DNA from: an uncultured delta proteobacterium
Lineage (GTDB): Bacteria > Desulfobacterota > Binatia > UBA9968
Assembly: GCA_963840855.1 (NCBI GenBank)
Contig: CAWJBB010000001.1
Span: 37,013-101,012, forward strand
Direction: 5' to 3'
DNA length: 64,000 nucleotides
Shown here piece after piece: positions 33,080-45,757 of this stretch (position 1 is the first letter of the stretch; each line of letters opens with the position of its first letter). The translations under genes and the position numbers were made by a program. Under the pieces are notes generated by a model, which ran no database searches, was not told the DNA's origin, and saw nothing but the letters and a program-made list of their open reading frames with translations.

Positions 33080-36000
33080 CTAAGCCTCCCCATCATCGCT
33101 GTCAAGTTCGCCGACGCGGCTCCGTTGCCGTCTTACAATGCGGAGCGCCTCTGCAATCAGCGTCTTCTGATCGGCTCCCCTGATTCTGTGTTTGCCGAAC
33201 GGTCTCGCTGGAATGAATCGCCCCGCCTCGTCAATATCGCGTAGGGACATCATGGGTTTCTGTCCGACGGGAGAGTTCTCCCAATAGTCGCTTAACCTTG
33301 TCGTGGCATTTTCTGTGCGGAATTCGTCTGTCAGGTGCTTGGCAAGATTGCGGATTCGGCCGTCATAGTAGTCCGGGTGCGGCGCGGCGCCCAATCGGCT
33401 AACGCCCCGGCCGGGGACACCAACAGCAAGAACGCAGAATTCCATGAAATCCTTTGCTGCGCCGGGCAGTTGGTTTCCGGTGAAGAGTCGGTTTACGTCA
33501 TTTACCGTTTCGAATCTCGGCGCACGAACCTTGTCCGCGTGTTCCATGAATAGTTTCTGCTCAGCCCAACCACTCAGCCACGCCTGAAAAAGACTAGTCA
33601 GTACACGGTCATGCGCGGTTGCGGCCCACCTTGTGATCGCTGGCGGAGCGATCATGCGTTCCAGGAAACGGTGAAAAACATCGTGGGTTTCGACGATATA
33701 TCTGTCCCGGCGCGCCTGCGGCGTGGGGACGAGGAGACTGAACCCGACATGAGCACGGCCTATGCGGGAAGATGCCTGAATGAACTCTGCGATGTCGTTC
33801 GGCATTCCCGCAAAAAACATCGCGTTAAATTTGTCCACGTCGACCCCGTGGGATATGGCAGACGTTGCGACAATATTTCTCAAGGATTGGTCGAGATCAG
33901 GAAATTCGTCGCCGCCATTGATGCCGCCATCTGCCTGACGCATGATCTCCTGAATTTCCGCAACATCAATGCCTCCGGAAATCAGGCGGGTGTGGAATTG
34001 GGCGATAGTGCGGCCGTGGCGTTTGTGGCCTTTCGCCACTTCCTCCCTGAATGCATCAATGACCTGATCGCCGCCTTTTTTATTGGTCACATAAGTAAGG
34101 GAGATCCGCATCAGATCCAGCAAGGTGAGCAAGACTGCGGGATCTCCTTTCGCATACGCGCTGATCGCCCTCGCATGAAATTGTGTTAGGGGCGTGCCGG
34201 GCGTCAGAGCTTCCAGCAGTCGCTGAGCAACCTGCTCCGTGAGGTTTCCTGTTGACAAGTCCTGCCACATCTCCGTGATCGCGAGGTGATACGCAGCGAG
34301 CACGGCAACCGTCGTGACGGTATGGTTGCGGCCATTCGTCATAATCGACGTGTACAGCCTCATCCAGGGAGCTTCAATTTCCGGGGCCCGGGGGCTGCTG
34401 CCCGCTATCCCCCGGCGCGCAGGATTGGACGGCGTGGCCGGCACCGCATAGAAAGATTTGTAGATTGACGTGCCGGGGTAAGGGAAATGCATATGCCGGC
34501 GCTGATAAAGTGCTCCGAACTGCAGCTGAGGAACGCTGACCGTCGCAGTTGCGGCTATTACCTTGGGAAGGCGGGCTACCTTTGCTCCAAACGGGCTGCG
34601 CGCTACGCGGTCGCCCAGTAGTACCGATCCGCGTGTGAACAACTGCTCCAGCATCGTTTCGAATAGCCCAGCAAAGGTGCCGAGGCTCTCGTCAAGCAAG
34701 TGTGCCTCGTCCTGGACGATGAGGGATGGAAACGGATCGCAGAAGATCTCCCGCCCCTCCTTATAGGCGGGGGCGAGGGCCTCGCACTTGTTTACCGTCG
34801 GGCCTTCCCTCAGCTTTGTCCATGAAGGCATAACAAACCGCCCGGTCGCGGACTCCCTCCATCGCGCGAACCCGAACATTCCCATGACCCTGTTAATCGT
34901 CGCGGGATGCTGGCCGATGAGTGCGAGTTTATCGATTACGCCGAGGAGTACGGCTGGGGCGTGTCGGTATATGTCGCGGTCAACAATCAGGAATGGAAGT
35001 GGTGACCGCGCTGTTTCCAGGTTCCAACGACACTCTGCGTTAAAACAAAAAATACCGATTTCATCTTCGGTTCCTAGGGAGACTCGCCGTAAGCCCGTAT
35101 TCTGCAGGCAGATGGGGCACTTTGGCGTTTTGTTGAAACTATCGTTGACCTCGTTGTAGTCTGCGCCCAAATTGTCATCATTCTGATGCCGCGCGTCTTC
35201 CAGGCGAGGGACAGAAGCCAGGCGAGTATCGTCAGGTCTGTTTGGAGTATTGCCGCTACCGACCCAGAAGCCAATCTCAAAGGGCGCGCCCCCGACAGAT
35301 GCGCTTCGGCGCAGCAATTCGGCGCGCATCAGAATGGAAAGGAGCCTCTGCGCCTGTTGCAGGGTCAGCAATCTCAGCGGGTATCGAATCAACGCGGTAA
35401 CTCCCACGCTTTTGCCGCGGAGGCGATCTAGGAAAAGATTGAAGATGAGCAAGCCAAAGAAGGCTTCTGACTTTCCGCCACCGGTCGGAAAATACAAAAG
35501 AGTAGCGGTCTCTTCATCAAATTCGGGGTCGAACCATGGTGTCTTTGGCGTATTCAGCCATGCGGGAAGCAAGGGTAGGAATGTGAGCGAGAACAAACGT
35601 GAACTGGAATAGGCGCCACTTGTCGATCCCGCGTCCCAGCCCGGCTTCTTGAAATGTTCGATTCAGTAGAAGCCACGCACGGTAAGGCAATGCCTCGCGG
35701 CATTCGGGGTCTGCCCGAAAGCGTTTGAATGCGTGCTCCAGAAGATTTATACCCAGTTCGATTCTGTTGGCTTCGCGCGTATAGTTCGCAATGTCCTGCC
35801 TGAACTTCTCTCGCTCTCGATCTGCCTGATCGGCATCTTCAACGCCGGCGGCCGGGTCCAGATTTTGTTCCTCTGCTCTTATCCAATCTTGGTAAGCCTT
35901 GATGAGAGGACGCATGCTTGCGGGGTCGAAATGTTCAGCGCCCAGAATTGCGAAATCTGTTGGAACGCCCTCGATGTCAGTAGGTACGATCCGGGGCTGC

Positions 36001-37313
36001 TGGTACCGGGGCATCCAGGTTGTTGTGAATCGCAATCTGTCGCCGATGCGGGCCTCGGAAACGCCGCAGTTTATGCCGATCGCAGGATAGGACAAAAAAT
36101 CGCGGAATCTGTAGGAGGGCTCAATGCGATCAAGCTTCAGGGCCCGGTGAGCCTGCGCCGGAAGTTCGATCGCGAGTCCTACCTGATGGATGGAATGGTC
36201 GAACCGGTGACGCATTCGCCTACGCAATTCGTTGCTGTTGTTCTCCAGCATGACCCTCAAGTTGCGGCGGCCGGGGTCACGCAGGTCGCTATCGAATTGG
36301 ACAGTCAGAACAAGGCCGCTCAGATCGGGGCCAAGTTCTCTCGCGGACGGAGCGGTGCTTCTCAGAGTGGAAAGAAAGTTGTTCCACGTTTTCTCTGACC
36401 GGATATGGCTCGGCCTGATATTGGCGGGCCGGTATGCCCAGCTTCGGCCTTCGTCGGTGTCGACCCACGTCGTAATGGCCTTGACCACGGCTTCTCGCAT
36501 TTGTCTGGTCCAAGTCTCTGCCGCGACCTGAACGGCCGCTTCGTCGGATATGTCTGCCGATAGGGGCGCAAGTTCAATGGGAAACCGTTTCCATTTCTGC
36601 GGAATGTCGATCTCCTGGGCTGCCTCGTCCCTGTGAAAAATATAGCGACCCCGCTGGGTGATAAGACGCGCTCCCTCTCCCGCCGTTTCGCCTTGATCGG
36701 AAGAATCGGCCTCCGGCATCCCGGCAGCCTGTTCAGGATTCACGCCGGCGTCAATAACCCAATCGTCCGACGACACCTCAACGCCGTGGGTGCCCAACAG
36801 CTCACGGTAGATCTGTTGTTGAAGGTCACGCCTTGGACGTCTCTGATCGGCGGGTTTGGTTTCTTCTGCTGCAATGGCAGCCGCCATCGGTTCTTTCATC
36901 GCCTCGCGAATGGCCGCTTCCAGGTCTCTGCGCAGAGGTAGATTCGGAAACAGTTCAAGTTCCGGCTTCGTAAGCTCGTCCCAGGTCGGCAAGGTTCGTA
37001 CGTAGATCGAGAATGAAACGGTGATTACCAGATTTCCCCTGGCCGAGGCGGCAATCTGGCAATCGAGACCGTGCGCGCTGATATGAATATCCGAGGTCTC
37101 GTCCTGCTGTCCGCCTTCTTCAAATCGCGGCAATAGAAATCCTGAGACAAATCTTAGAGAAGGTTTCGCTCCGAAGATCGTTTCGCCTTCCGGGCCGGCT
37201 CCGCTTGCCCGCTGCCAGGTAAGATTGAGAAGAGCGTCAACGATTCCCTCCTTGGCATCGTCGAGATTCGCGGCGATCTCGGCCGGGAGTGATTTCAGGT
37301 CAATGACTTTCAT
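33080..37313 (-). CDS. SF2 helicase, DrmA-like, about 1410 aa (frameshift near 35540)
   Basis: WRLFQ, FPTGGGKSEA, YPLRLLTLQQ, QDEAHL, ATAT, SHGVDV, QASSRIGR across ORFs 35517-37313 and 33080-35596. Confidence 0.85.
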
Positions 37314-39955
37314 CGGGACTTCCTTCAGGATCGTTCGAGATTACAGCAACCAGATGCTGTTCAGCAGTTTCATATATCCGCCAGACTTCCTGACGGTGCG
37401 CTTCAGGAAGACGGGAAACTGCCCCGTACGGGTCAATCAGTACGCCCATGAAAACCTGGTGAAATGCGTTGCCGCTGCGTATGCGCATTGAGCGTGTCCA
37501 GAAAATGCCCCAGTCCCAGTAGTGCTGTGCCACATCGGCCGCAATTCCGAGTGCCTTCATAAAACATAGATAGTGGCGGCGGTCGCGCGGAGCCTGTGGC
37601 CTCACTTCGTCACGAGGAACTTCAACCAGATCAGCGACGTCGATCCATTGTCTAATCGACTGTGGCCCCGGCAACGACAGGGATGGATCGATTTTCATGA
37701 TCGAATTGCGAAGAGCGTCAGCTTTGGCGGCCAGATCCTGCCCCGGCAGCTTAGAAGCCGCTTCCGCAACGGTCTTGTGATACAACGTGAGAACCTCCGG
37801 CGCAGTAGCGCCGAGGTGCAGTTTCTGCCGCGCAGCATCTATAAAATCCGGACTAAATACGCATATCTGATCGCCCTGTCTGAGATCTTTCGCAAGCCGT
37901 CGGGAAAAGGGCTGCAAGGCATCTGGATCATAGACCGCTAATTCCGTGCCGTCGAGAGCTCTGATTTGAACATCACCGGATGTGCGAATGATACGTGTCG
38001 GGCCAGCTCCTGGTGCGTGGGGTCCTGTCAGGTCGATGATGCCGACGCGTGGCGGCAGGAGGACGGTATCAAGATCGGGAATATCAATTGTGTGGCCGCT
38101 GAGCGCCTTCTGAAGGCTCTCCTGCACGATCAGTAAATTCCACTCAATGGGAGCGACGCCGTCAAGCTGCAGAAAAGGCCTCGGCGCGTTGAAGGATCTG
38201 TTTTGCGCGCGCAAGGTGGCAGAGCACGGTGACCTTGGGTGGAAGGGTAGGGTGAGTCAAAGTCTGTAGAAAATGGTCCGCATACGGCTCAACAAAGAGA
38301 ATCTGCTGGCAGGGGCCCTGAAGGCTGCTGGCGCGTTCAAGCTCTTCACTCACTTCCTTGTTATCGACAAGAATGATTTCTCGCCCGAGTTTTGTTCGTA
38401 CATCTGCCAGCGTGCTTTCATTCTCGACGCGCCACTCTGCAAAGGAGCGGATAAGGTCGCTCGAAAAAGCGACAATCGATCGCAACGACTGCTTTGCCAG
38501 TCTGGAAACGGCCTCGTCGAACAAACGAGTACCGGGATTGTAGGTTGCAGCGACTGAGCAGAGTTTGTCGTAAGTGTCGAGGAAAGCTGCGAGCTGCGCG
38601 TGATTGGTGCCTGCGGTGCCGAGTTTGATGACAGAGGTGATTTGTCCTCTGGGGGTCAAGTGGTCAAAACGAGACCCTACAGTCTGAAGTTCGTATCCTT
38701 GATAGTTATCCGCAAGAAAAGTCACGAATTGTTGCGGCGGACCGGGGAGGCCGATCAGGTTTTGCAGGGCAATGAGGGCGGCCGTTACCGATGAAGCGAC
38801 AACGTGGTCGCCGGCATCCAGAAGAGAGCGTTTCAGCTTCAGGCCAAAATCAACGAAGTTGAGAAGATCTGCACCGTAGACTTCTGCGGACAGTTCATCC
38901 AGAGAACCAGGAGCCGCAGTTTCCAAATCCAGGATGCCTGTGCTGACGTTGAGGATCAGGCGTGAACGGGCGGGATGTTTAGGGGATGTTGCAATGCCTC
39001 GACGCGCGTCGTAATCATTCACAACCTTCCATCTGAGAGTTTGCAGAACGAAGACTTCGTCGGTCACTGCAAGGGCAGGGGGAGACGCGGCACCGTAGAG
39101 TGTTTCAACTGCACCGAAGAGCTTTGAAACGGCTTCCCGCCAATTTCCCCCGAGCGCATTCCGTGATCGGCGGGTGAGATCAATAAGAATGATATTCGGA
39201 CGCCTGCCGCCATTAATGGGGTCCAGGCCCGCCTTGCGAAACAGCTCTGTCGAGACCGCGTCTGGATGTACACCAAAGAGAAAAAACGGCGTTTGGGATG
39301 AATCGTTCGCAGCATTAATATGTTCGCTGCGTTCGTTGATCCATGTGTAATGCCGCAAACGCTGTAGAAAATGATCGCTATAGTCGCCCACAGTGGCGGC
39401 TTGAATCCCCGCCTGCGGAATGATCTCAAACAGAGTGGGATGCATCAGAGTTGGATCGCGCGCAAGGGCTCTGTGTCGCCGGTTACCCTCCTCCCCGGTG
39501 GAAAGGTGCTTGAGGCTATGAAGTGCCATCAGATAACCAAATGCGGGGTGGCGTGTGCCTTTCGTGTGGACTCGATTCAAAGCGGCTAGGGTGGCTTGGA
39601 CAAGTTGTTCTCTGTCGACCAAGAGTGTCCTCTGTGTGCCTCCGCTGTTGCGGTTCCAAGGAAAGAATAGGGTTGCAAGGGTCTGCGAGTCACACGCGGC
39701 TATCCGGGCAAGCACGGCCAGTGCATGGAATACGGCGATACCCTCGATCGGCTGCGGCCATAACAGGATTGCTTCGCTTTTTCCCTCGGCGAGAACGCGG
39801 TCGAAAGCAGTGAGCACCTCCTTCGCGGTCGGACCCGTATCGCAGCATTGGCTGGATTCGTTGCGACGGCGCAGCCCTATTCGGCGACCTTGGCCTGGCT
39901 CCGCCATACCAATACGTTCGAAACTCTCAGGCGCGGGTTCTTGACTGCCCGGCAT
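37300..39955 (-). CDS. Large hypothetical protein, about 885 aa, tentatively DrmE-like (frameshift near 38175)
   Basis: ORFs 38162-39955 and 37300-38214 join at QRAEAF/LQLDG in a T run; lies between the MTase and helicase. Confidence 0.55.
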
Positions 39956-39960
39956 CGTTC

Positions 39961-41760
39961 TTACCTGCTTGCCGCTGCGGCTGACGACTTTCGAGGAACA
40001 CTCTTTATTGATTCAGCGTAGGCAACCTCAGCGGCCTGCTCGTCTTCGATTCCTTGCCTGAATGCGGTGCGTACCTGCGTCGCAGTTGGAAGGGGGAGCT
40101 GATTTAAACCTTTTGTAGAGACACTCACCGACCCGGACATCCTGCGAAAGCGCGCGTCAACGGCTGCGGTATTGAGCAGGCGACAGAGCATGTTTATTGG
40201 GATTTTCTGTTCTTTCGCAAGGTCAGGAATGATGATGATCGTATGGTTCTCGCCCACAAATCCGCGGCCTCCCGGAACTGTCAGCTTTCTTACGACAGCC
40301 GCATTCAGGCGGCGACTCTGCCGCTTGCTACTTGTCCTCTGGACGATGATCGCGTCTGAGCGAATGATGGCCGTGCTGTCCGGTTTAATTTTCACGAAGC
40401 CGATTCGATGCGAATCCGGCTCGCCGTCATACGGCCTGCAAAGAATTCCAGGTTTAATGTTGTGCGCCCAAAAAAGAGGGACTTCATTCGGGCGCGGTTT
40501 TTTTCCTACGCGATAGCGATGCTGCTCACGATTCCATACGAAGTATCCGGCCTTTGCTATATACCCGTAATCCCGAAGTGTCTCTAATCCATTCCGGAAC
40601 AATCCCTCCTTCTGCTTGTCATCGGGCAGCGCCCACATCCGGCCTGTCGGCTGTTCCGGGAGATCAAGGTTTCCGAGGAAACGATTGGGTTGCCCGATCA
40701 TGAGTAGAGAGCATGTAGGAACCGCTGTGCACTCCGAAATGCCTTTTTTTCGAAGAACTAGGACACAGACGTCGTACAGCACATCGAGAAATACATCGCT
40801 TCGCTTGTCGATGGGATCAAGGCTCAGAACGTGCGATGTTTCTAAAATCCGCTTTCTGAGAGCGGCAAAATACGGTCCTCCCACAAACGACATGGGGATA
40901 ATGAGGCAAATGACCCCTCCGGGTTTTACCAGGCGAAGGGTTTGCTCAAGAAACAAAACGTACAGATTCACGTAGCCATCGGTTATGACCGGAGCAAAAC
41001 CCTCCAGGATCGCTTTGGATGGTCGAAACACGCGCCCGTATGGAGGATTTCCGATGGCGGCATCGTAAAGAATGCCAGGGGGCGGCAGTTTCAGTGTATC
41101 TGCTTGCTTGATTGAAATTCTTGGCCGTCGACCTGCGGATCGGATCTCCTTTCGGAGCAAATCGGTAAGCAATACCTTTGACAGCTTTGTGAGATCCCGT
41201 TCGATCTCCACTCCGGCCAGAGTGGACTCAATTGCCTGCAGGATGCTTTCGGCACTTCCGCCACGCTGACGCCCCTGGGCAGCGATGCGGGCAGCAAGCG
41301 GTACTAAAAACGCCGCGCCGCCTGAGGCGGGGTCGAGAATTCTGTCCTTGCCAGGTTGAATGCCCGCTGCGGTCAGTACGTCAATTGCGTATTGGGCTAA
41401 ATGCGGGGGAGTGAAATACGCCGCAAGCCTGCGCCGACGTGCTGCGGGCATCAGCAGGGCATACAAACTCGAAATCCAGTAATGTTTTTCATCCTCCGGC
41501 AAACCGGCGAAAAATGCGCGTGTCTTGAGGTCAAGAGCGCGACCCTCGATAACCGTACGGCAAATCTCAAGCGGGCTCAGCCGCGATTTTTTCAGTGTCA
41601 GTGCGACCTGGCGAAGCTCGCTGAGGCGACGGCTGATCAGTGGATCAAGTGCTTCCTGTCCATTTATTCTTTGCGCCGGGATCATGTTCCCTTTATCGAA
41701 ATGCATATCAGCTTGCGCCTGTAGCGCATAGGGTTGTCTTGACGTAGCCGTTCCTTGCAA
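39961..41760 (-). CDS. N6-adenine DNA methyltransferase (gamma-type order)
   Basis: YFTP, ILDPASGGAAFL, GNPPY; start uncertain. Confidence 0.9.
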   Translation of the reverse strand: MQGTATSRQPYALQAQADMHFDKGNMIPAQRINGQEALDPLISRRLSELRQVALTLKKSRLSPLEICRTVIEGRALDLKTRAFFAGLPEDEKHYWISSLYALLMPAARRRRLAAYFTPPHLAQYAIDVLTAAGIQPGKDRILDPASGGAAFLVPLAARIAAQGRQRGGSAESILQAIESTLAGVEIERDLTKLSKVLLTDLLRKEIRSAGRRPRISIKQADTLKLPPPGILYDAAIGNPPYGRVFRPSKAILEGFAPVITDGYVNLYVLFLEQTLRLVKPGGVICLIIPMSFVGGPYFAALRKRILETSHVLSLDPIDKRSDVFLDVLYDVCVLVLRKKGISECTAVPTCSLLMIGQPNRFLGNLDLPEQPTGRMWALPDDKQKEGLFRNGLETLRDYGYIAKAGYFVWNREQHRYRVGKKPRPNEVPLFWAHNIKPGILCRPYDGEPDSHRIGFVKIKPDSTAIIRSDAIIVQRTSSKRQSRRLNAAVVRKLTVPGGRGFVGENHTIIIIPDLAKEQKIPINMLCRLLNTAAVDARFRRMSGSVSVSTKGLNQLPLPTATQVRTAFRQGIEDEQAAEVAYAESIKSVPRKSSAAAASR

Positions 41761-42650
41761 AATATCAGGGTGAAGCGTCGGAACGTCACATCACCGAGGG
41801 CGGCGGTATTCTTAAACCGGCCAGCGTTCTTTATCGATATTATTCGCTGCAGCACTGAGTGTCACTTGCCCGTCTCCCAACTCTTCATATTTCAGAATTT
41901 TCACGCGGTACACTGTATACCCTGTAGAAATCTCCTGGCAAATAATGGTGGGCCGCGTCGGCGCCATGGTTAAGTGTTCAAAGCGAAGGGCGCCCCCGGC
42001 GGGGTGTTTTCATAACCATCCCCCTCCCCGCTTGATTTGCGCGGCTCGTCCGGCAGCGCCAACTTTTCCCCATGTAAATTTCCGGGAGAGCGATAAGGCG
42101 GTCCGTCTCAATATGCGTGGCGGAGGAAAGACGCTCGGTAGGGGAGAGCACCGCCTCGCCTGCCGGTGCTGGATACGGTGTTCATGCGCGCGCGGCCGCG
42201 CATACCACCGTATTTTCGTACCTCAGAATTCCTCGTCGAAATAACTATACAGCTGAAATAAAGGCTTTTCGGGGAAACCGATTGATCATTCCGCAACCCT
42301 AGAGCACCATTGTTAGGCGATTCCGCGATTTGCGGATTCGCCAAGTGTCTTTCAACCAACTCTGGAGAGATTTACCACGCCACAAAAATAGGAAACCCGC
42401 CAGGGGCGGGTCTCAAAATTGTCTTCTAGCGATGTGAAAGCCTGAACAACTTCAGCATCGCTCAGGAGAAGGAGCGATGCAAGAGAAAAAATCTCTTTTG
42501 CAGCACTTTTTTGCGGCCTGAATTCTGGAAAGGGTTTTCTTCTTACAAAAGCAGAAAACACCATGCATGTCGCACTGGCTTTGAACCACATAAGCCATAA
42601 TATTCTCGTGCGCCAGAGCGCTGACGATCAGCGCATGGCTTACGCTGCTT

Positions 42651-43134
42651 TCCGCCACAGCGTGCCACCGAGACCTCCAGCGAGAACGCTCACGCGCAGG
42701 GTGCGCCGGCGCGCATCAGTTGGGCCCGGCTGCTCAAACGGGTCTTCGACATCGACATTGAACACTGCCCCAACTGCGGCGGCGCTTTGAAGATCATCGC
42801 CGCCATCGAAGATCCGCCGGTGATTGTCAAAATCCTCGCCCATCTGGGCCTGCCCACCCGCGCCCCGCCACGCTCCCCTGCGCAGCGATTCGATTTATTC
42901 CAGACAATCTGAGGAGCCGAAAACCGGTTGCCAACGCGAGCCGACGGAGCCGCCCGCTCTGAGTTCGAGCGAGCGGCACGATCTGGCACGATTCGCGCGT
43001 TTCCGACTGCTCTCCGGCCGAGCCGCCTGGTACAACAGTGGGTTTTTCGTCAAGCAGAAAAGGAATTGACATCTCTCGCGGTCCTGCGATATGGCTCCGG
43101 TCATAGAAAAAAAGGTGGTTTAAATTTCCTATAC
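42651..43134 (+). mobile_element. ISCR/IS91-like oriIS end, copy 2 (about 484 bp)
   Basis: WARLLKRVFDIDIEHCPNCGG...FQTI*; ends GGTTTAAATTTCCTATAC. Confidence 0.88.
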
Positions 43135-43343
43135 ATACCCAGGTCAATGCATACCCGAGAGTGTGATTGCTTGTGATCCCCTAACCGATGCGACTTAAAA
43201 TCCGCGATGCGGCATGTTGATTTCGTACTGGTAACGTGAACGCCTGGGTGATGGTTACGAACGCGCAGTGATCAACTGCGACAAACCACGGCTGGTGGGG
43301 CCGCACGCACCGGCCACGACGATGATAGAGGAGGATACCGATT

Positions 43344-44201
43344 ATGGATCCGATCAGACGCAAGATACTGAAAACGGGCGCTGCGGCGGCGGCGATCGCG
43401 GCCGCGCCGCAGGTCCTCGCTCAGCAGGGCGGGCAGGGAGGATCCGCTCGCTTTTACGAGAAGGGCCCTGTTCGCATCCGCTACGAAGAGAGCGGTTCCG
43501 GGTTTCCGCTGCTGCTCATCGCCGGCGGGGGGTTGAACGGCTCGACGATCGCCGGCATACGCGGCGGCAATCCCTTTAACACGATCGAGGCGTTCAAGGG
43601 AGAATTCCGCTGCATCTATGCGGACCTGCGCAACTCCGCGGGCCAGTCTACCGGTCCGCTCGAGATCGACCGGGCGTGGGATTCCTATACTGACGACCAC
43701 CTCGGTCTGATGGATCACCTGGGCATCGACAAGTTCATGGTGCTCGGCTTCTGCATTGCGGGACCCTTCATCTGGAACCTCATAAAGCGGGCCCCGAATC
43801 GCGTCGTCGCGGCGGTGCCGGCGCAGCCGGTCGGGTTCCGGCCGGAGCTGCCCAACGCCCTCTACGACAGCCAAACGACCGGGTGGGCTGGGGAAGTGGT
43901 CAAGCGCCGGCCCGACATCACGAAGGAAATGTCCGACCGATTCCTGAACAGGATGTTCCGCACCAACCCCGACTTCGTCTTCACCGTGACGCGCGATTTC
44001 GTGCGCAGTTGTCAGACGCCCGTACTGGTCTTGCCGGATGACACCGCGGGGCACTCATATGCCGCCGCGATCGAGAGTGCGATGCTCGCGCCGAAAGGCC
44101 AATTGAGTATGTACCCGTGGAAAGACACTCCAGAGAAGATTCCGCTGGCTGTGCGCCACGTTCGCAGCTTCCTCCTCTCGCATCGGCCTGCTTCTACGTA
44201 G
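43344..44201 (+). CDS. Alpha/beta hydrolase with Tat-like signal
   Basis: IRRKILK signal; GFCIAG nucleophile elbow; GGAGG RBS. Confidence 0.82.
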   Translation: MDPIRRKILKTGAAAAAIAAAPQVLAQQGGQGGSARFYEKGPVRIRYEESGSGFPLLLIAGGGLNGSTIAGIRGGNPFNTIEAFKGEFRCIYADLRNSAGQSTGPLEIDRAWDSYTDDHLGLMDHLGIDKFMVLGFCIAGPFIWNLIKRAPNRVVAAVPAQPVGFRPELPNALYDSQTTGWAGEVVKRRPDITKEMSDRFLNRMFRTNPDFVFTVTRDFVRSCQTPVLVLPDDTAGHSYAAAIESAMLAPKGQLSMYPWKDTPEKIPLAVRHVRSFLLSHRPAST

Positions 44202-44218
44202 ACGTCGCCTTGGAACGA

Positions 44219-44286
44219 CACAAGTCGGAAGTCACAAGGTCCAAGTCACGACGGGCCGGATTTGTGACTTCTGACTTGTGACTTGA
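44219..44286. repeat. Heptamer inverted-repeat hairpin (AAGTCAC / GTGACTT)
   Basis: CAAGTCGGAAGTCACAAG...TTGTGACTTCTGACTTGTGACTTG between the convergent hydrolase gene and tRNA fragment. Confidence 0.6.
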
Positions 44287-44288
44287 AT

Positions 44289-44328
44289 TGGTGCCGGGGG
44301 TGGGAATCGAACCCACACGTCCCTTGCG
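44289..44328 (-). pseudogene. 3' 40 nt of a long-variable-arm tRNA, probably Leu
   Basis: Reverse complement CGCAAGGGACGTGTGGGTTCGATTCCCACCCCCGGCACCA shows T-arm, discriminator A and CCA; no anticodon or D-arm. Confidence 0.8.
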
Positions 44329-44348
44329 TTCGACAAGCTCACGGCAGG

Positions 44349-44911
44349 CCGCTTCCATGGCGTGCTGGCGCCGAATGCGAAGTTGCGTCGTGAAATCATT
44401 CCCACTCCGCCAGAGCAAGCAACCGCGCGCGCATGCGATCACGCGCACGCGCAGGGTGCCCCAGCGCGCATGAGCTGGGCCAGGCTGCTCAAACGGGTCT
44501 TCGACATCGACATCGAACACTGCCCGAACTGCGGCGGCCGCTTGAAGATCATCGCTGCCCCTTCGACGCGCTCAGAACAGGCATCGAAGATCCGCCGGTG
44601 ATCATCAAGATCCTCAGCCATCTCGGCCTACCGACCCGCGCCCCGCCCCGTGCCCCAGCTCGCCGAGTCGATCTATTCCAGACAATCTGAGGACCCGAAA
44701 ACCGCTTGCCAACGCAAGCCGACGGCGCCGCTCGCTCTGAGTTCGAGCGAGCGGCGCCATAAGGGACCTTTCGCGCACCTCCCGACCGCTCTCCGGCCGA
44801 GCCGTCTGGTACAACAGTGGGTTTTTTATCAAGCAGAAAAAGGAATTGACACTCTTCCCGGTCCTGCGATATGGCTCCGGCCATAGAAAAGGTCGTTTAA
44901 AAATCCTATCC
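44349..44911 (+). mobile_element. ISCR/IS91-like oriIS end, copy 3 (about 563 bp)
   Basis: Starts RFHGVLAPNAKLR; ends CGTTTAAAAATCCTATCC. Confidence 0.88.
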
Positions 44912-45757
44912 AGATGTCCTCTTTTTCCCCTTCTTTCCCTCCCCTCAATTTGTAATAACTAGCAACAAAAGATTTGACCCCCCGGCCGGACCCGTTAAAT
45001 GAATGCCCCGCGTACCCAGTGTCATTATCCCTCACAAGCCCTGGTAGTGGAGCGATAGTAGAATATAGTTCATCGACGGAGCCCCTAGCTTATTTCGATT
45101 TGGTGATTCAATCATCTCGACCGCTCCCTGAGTCGAATGGCATCGGACTAGTAATTAACCAAGATGGTGAACCCAACCCTTACTTGATTTTTTCAGGTGT
45201 TGATCCTGACGAACATCGCACAGTTTTCCGAGAGAAAAACATAATTTTGCCCTTCAGTCCAAAAACGGCTCGACACTCAACCTTTGGGCAGTCCTTGTTG
45301 ACAACAAACGCAAGTTTGGTTCGGTCTATTCGAATCTTGAACAAATTAAAGGTAGCGGATCGGAAGTGGTGATATCAGCAAAAGTGTCAATCACCGCGAG
45401 AGAACGCCCATAGGTACTGATCAAAAGTAGAGGGTAGATTCGCTGCCAGGCATCTGTGTCGGGGATCTTAATGGGGGGCAGGCGTGATATGGGCTGTTTG
45501 GTGATGTGCCTGTGAGGAGACAGGGCCCTATGGCACGGCGCGCGCAGGAGCTCGCGTGTTCTGGCGGCAGGAATTTTACGGACCTGTCGGTCAAGACGAT
45601 ACGACCGATGGTCGGCTGGATCTGAGTGAGTCGGAATGTTTCGGGAGTTGAACGTCGGCTACAACGGGTAAAGGTAATGTAAAACAACATTGCGTCAGCT
45701 CGTGAGATTGGAGAACGTTAAATATCATGCACGACCCCGTCAGGTCCGTTAGCAATC

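Noticed and set aside
41761-42650. Long intergenic region upstream of the methyltransferase
   Set aside because: Only short ORFs without motifs, and no RNA structure I can support
44289-44328. Functional tRNA gene
   Set aside because: The 5' half, including D-arm and anticodon, is absent
44974-45372. 132-aa ORF downstream of copy 3
   Set aside because: It starts at a TTG inside the RAYT end motif and has no recognisable domain; it may be a gene stub but cannot be supported
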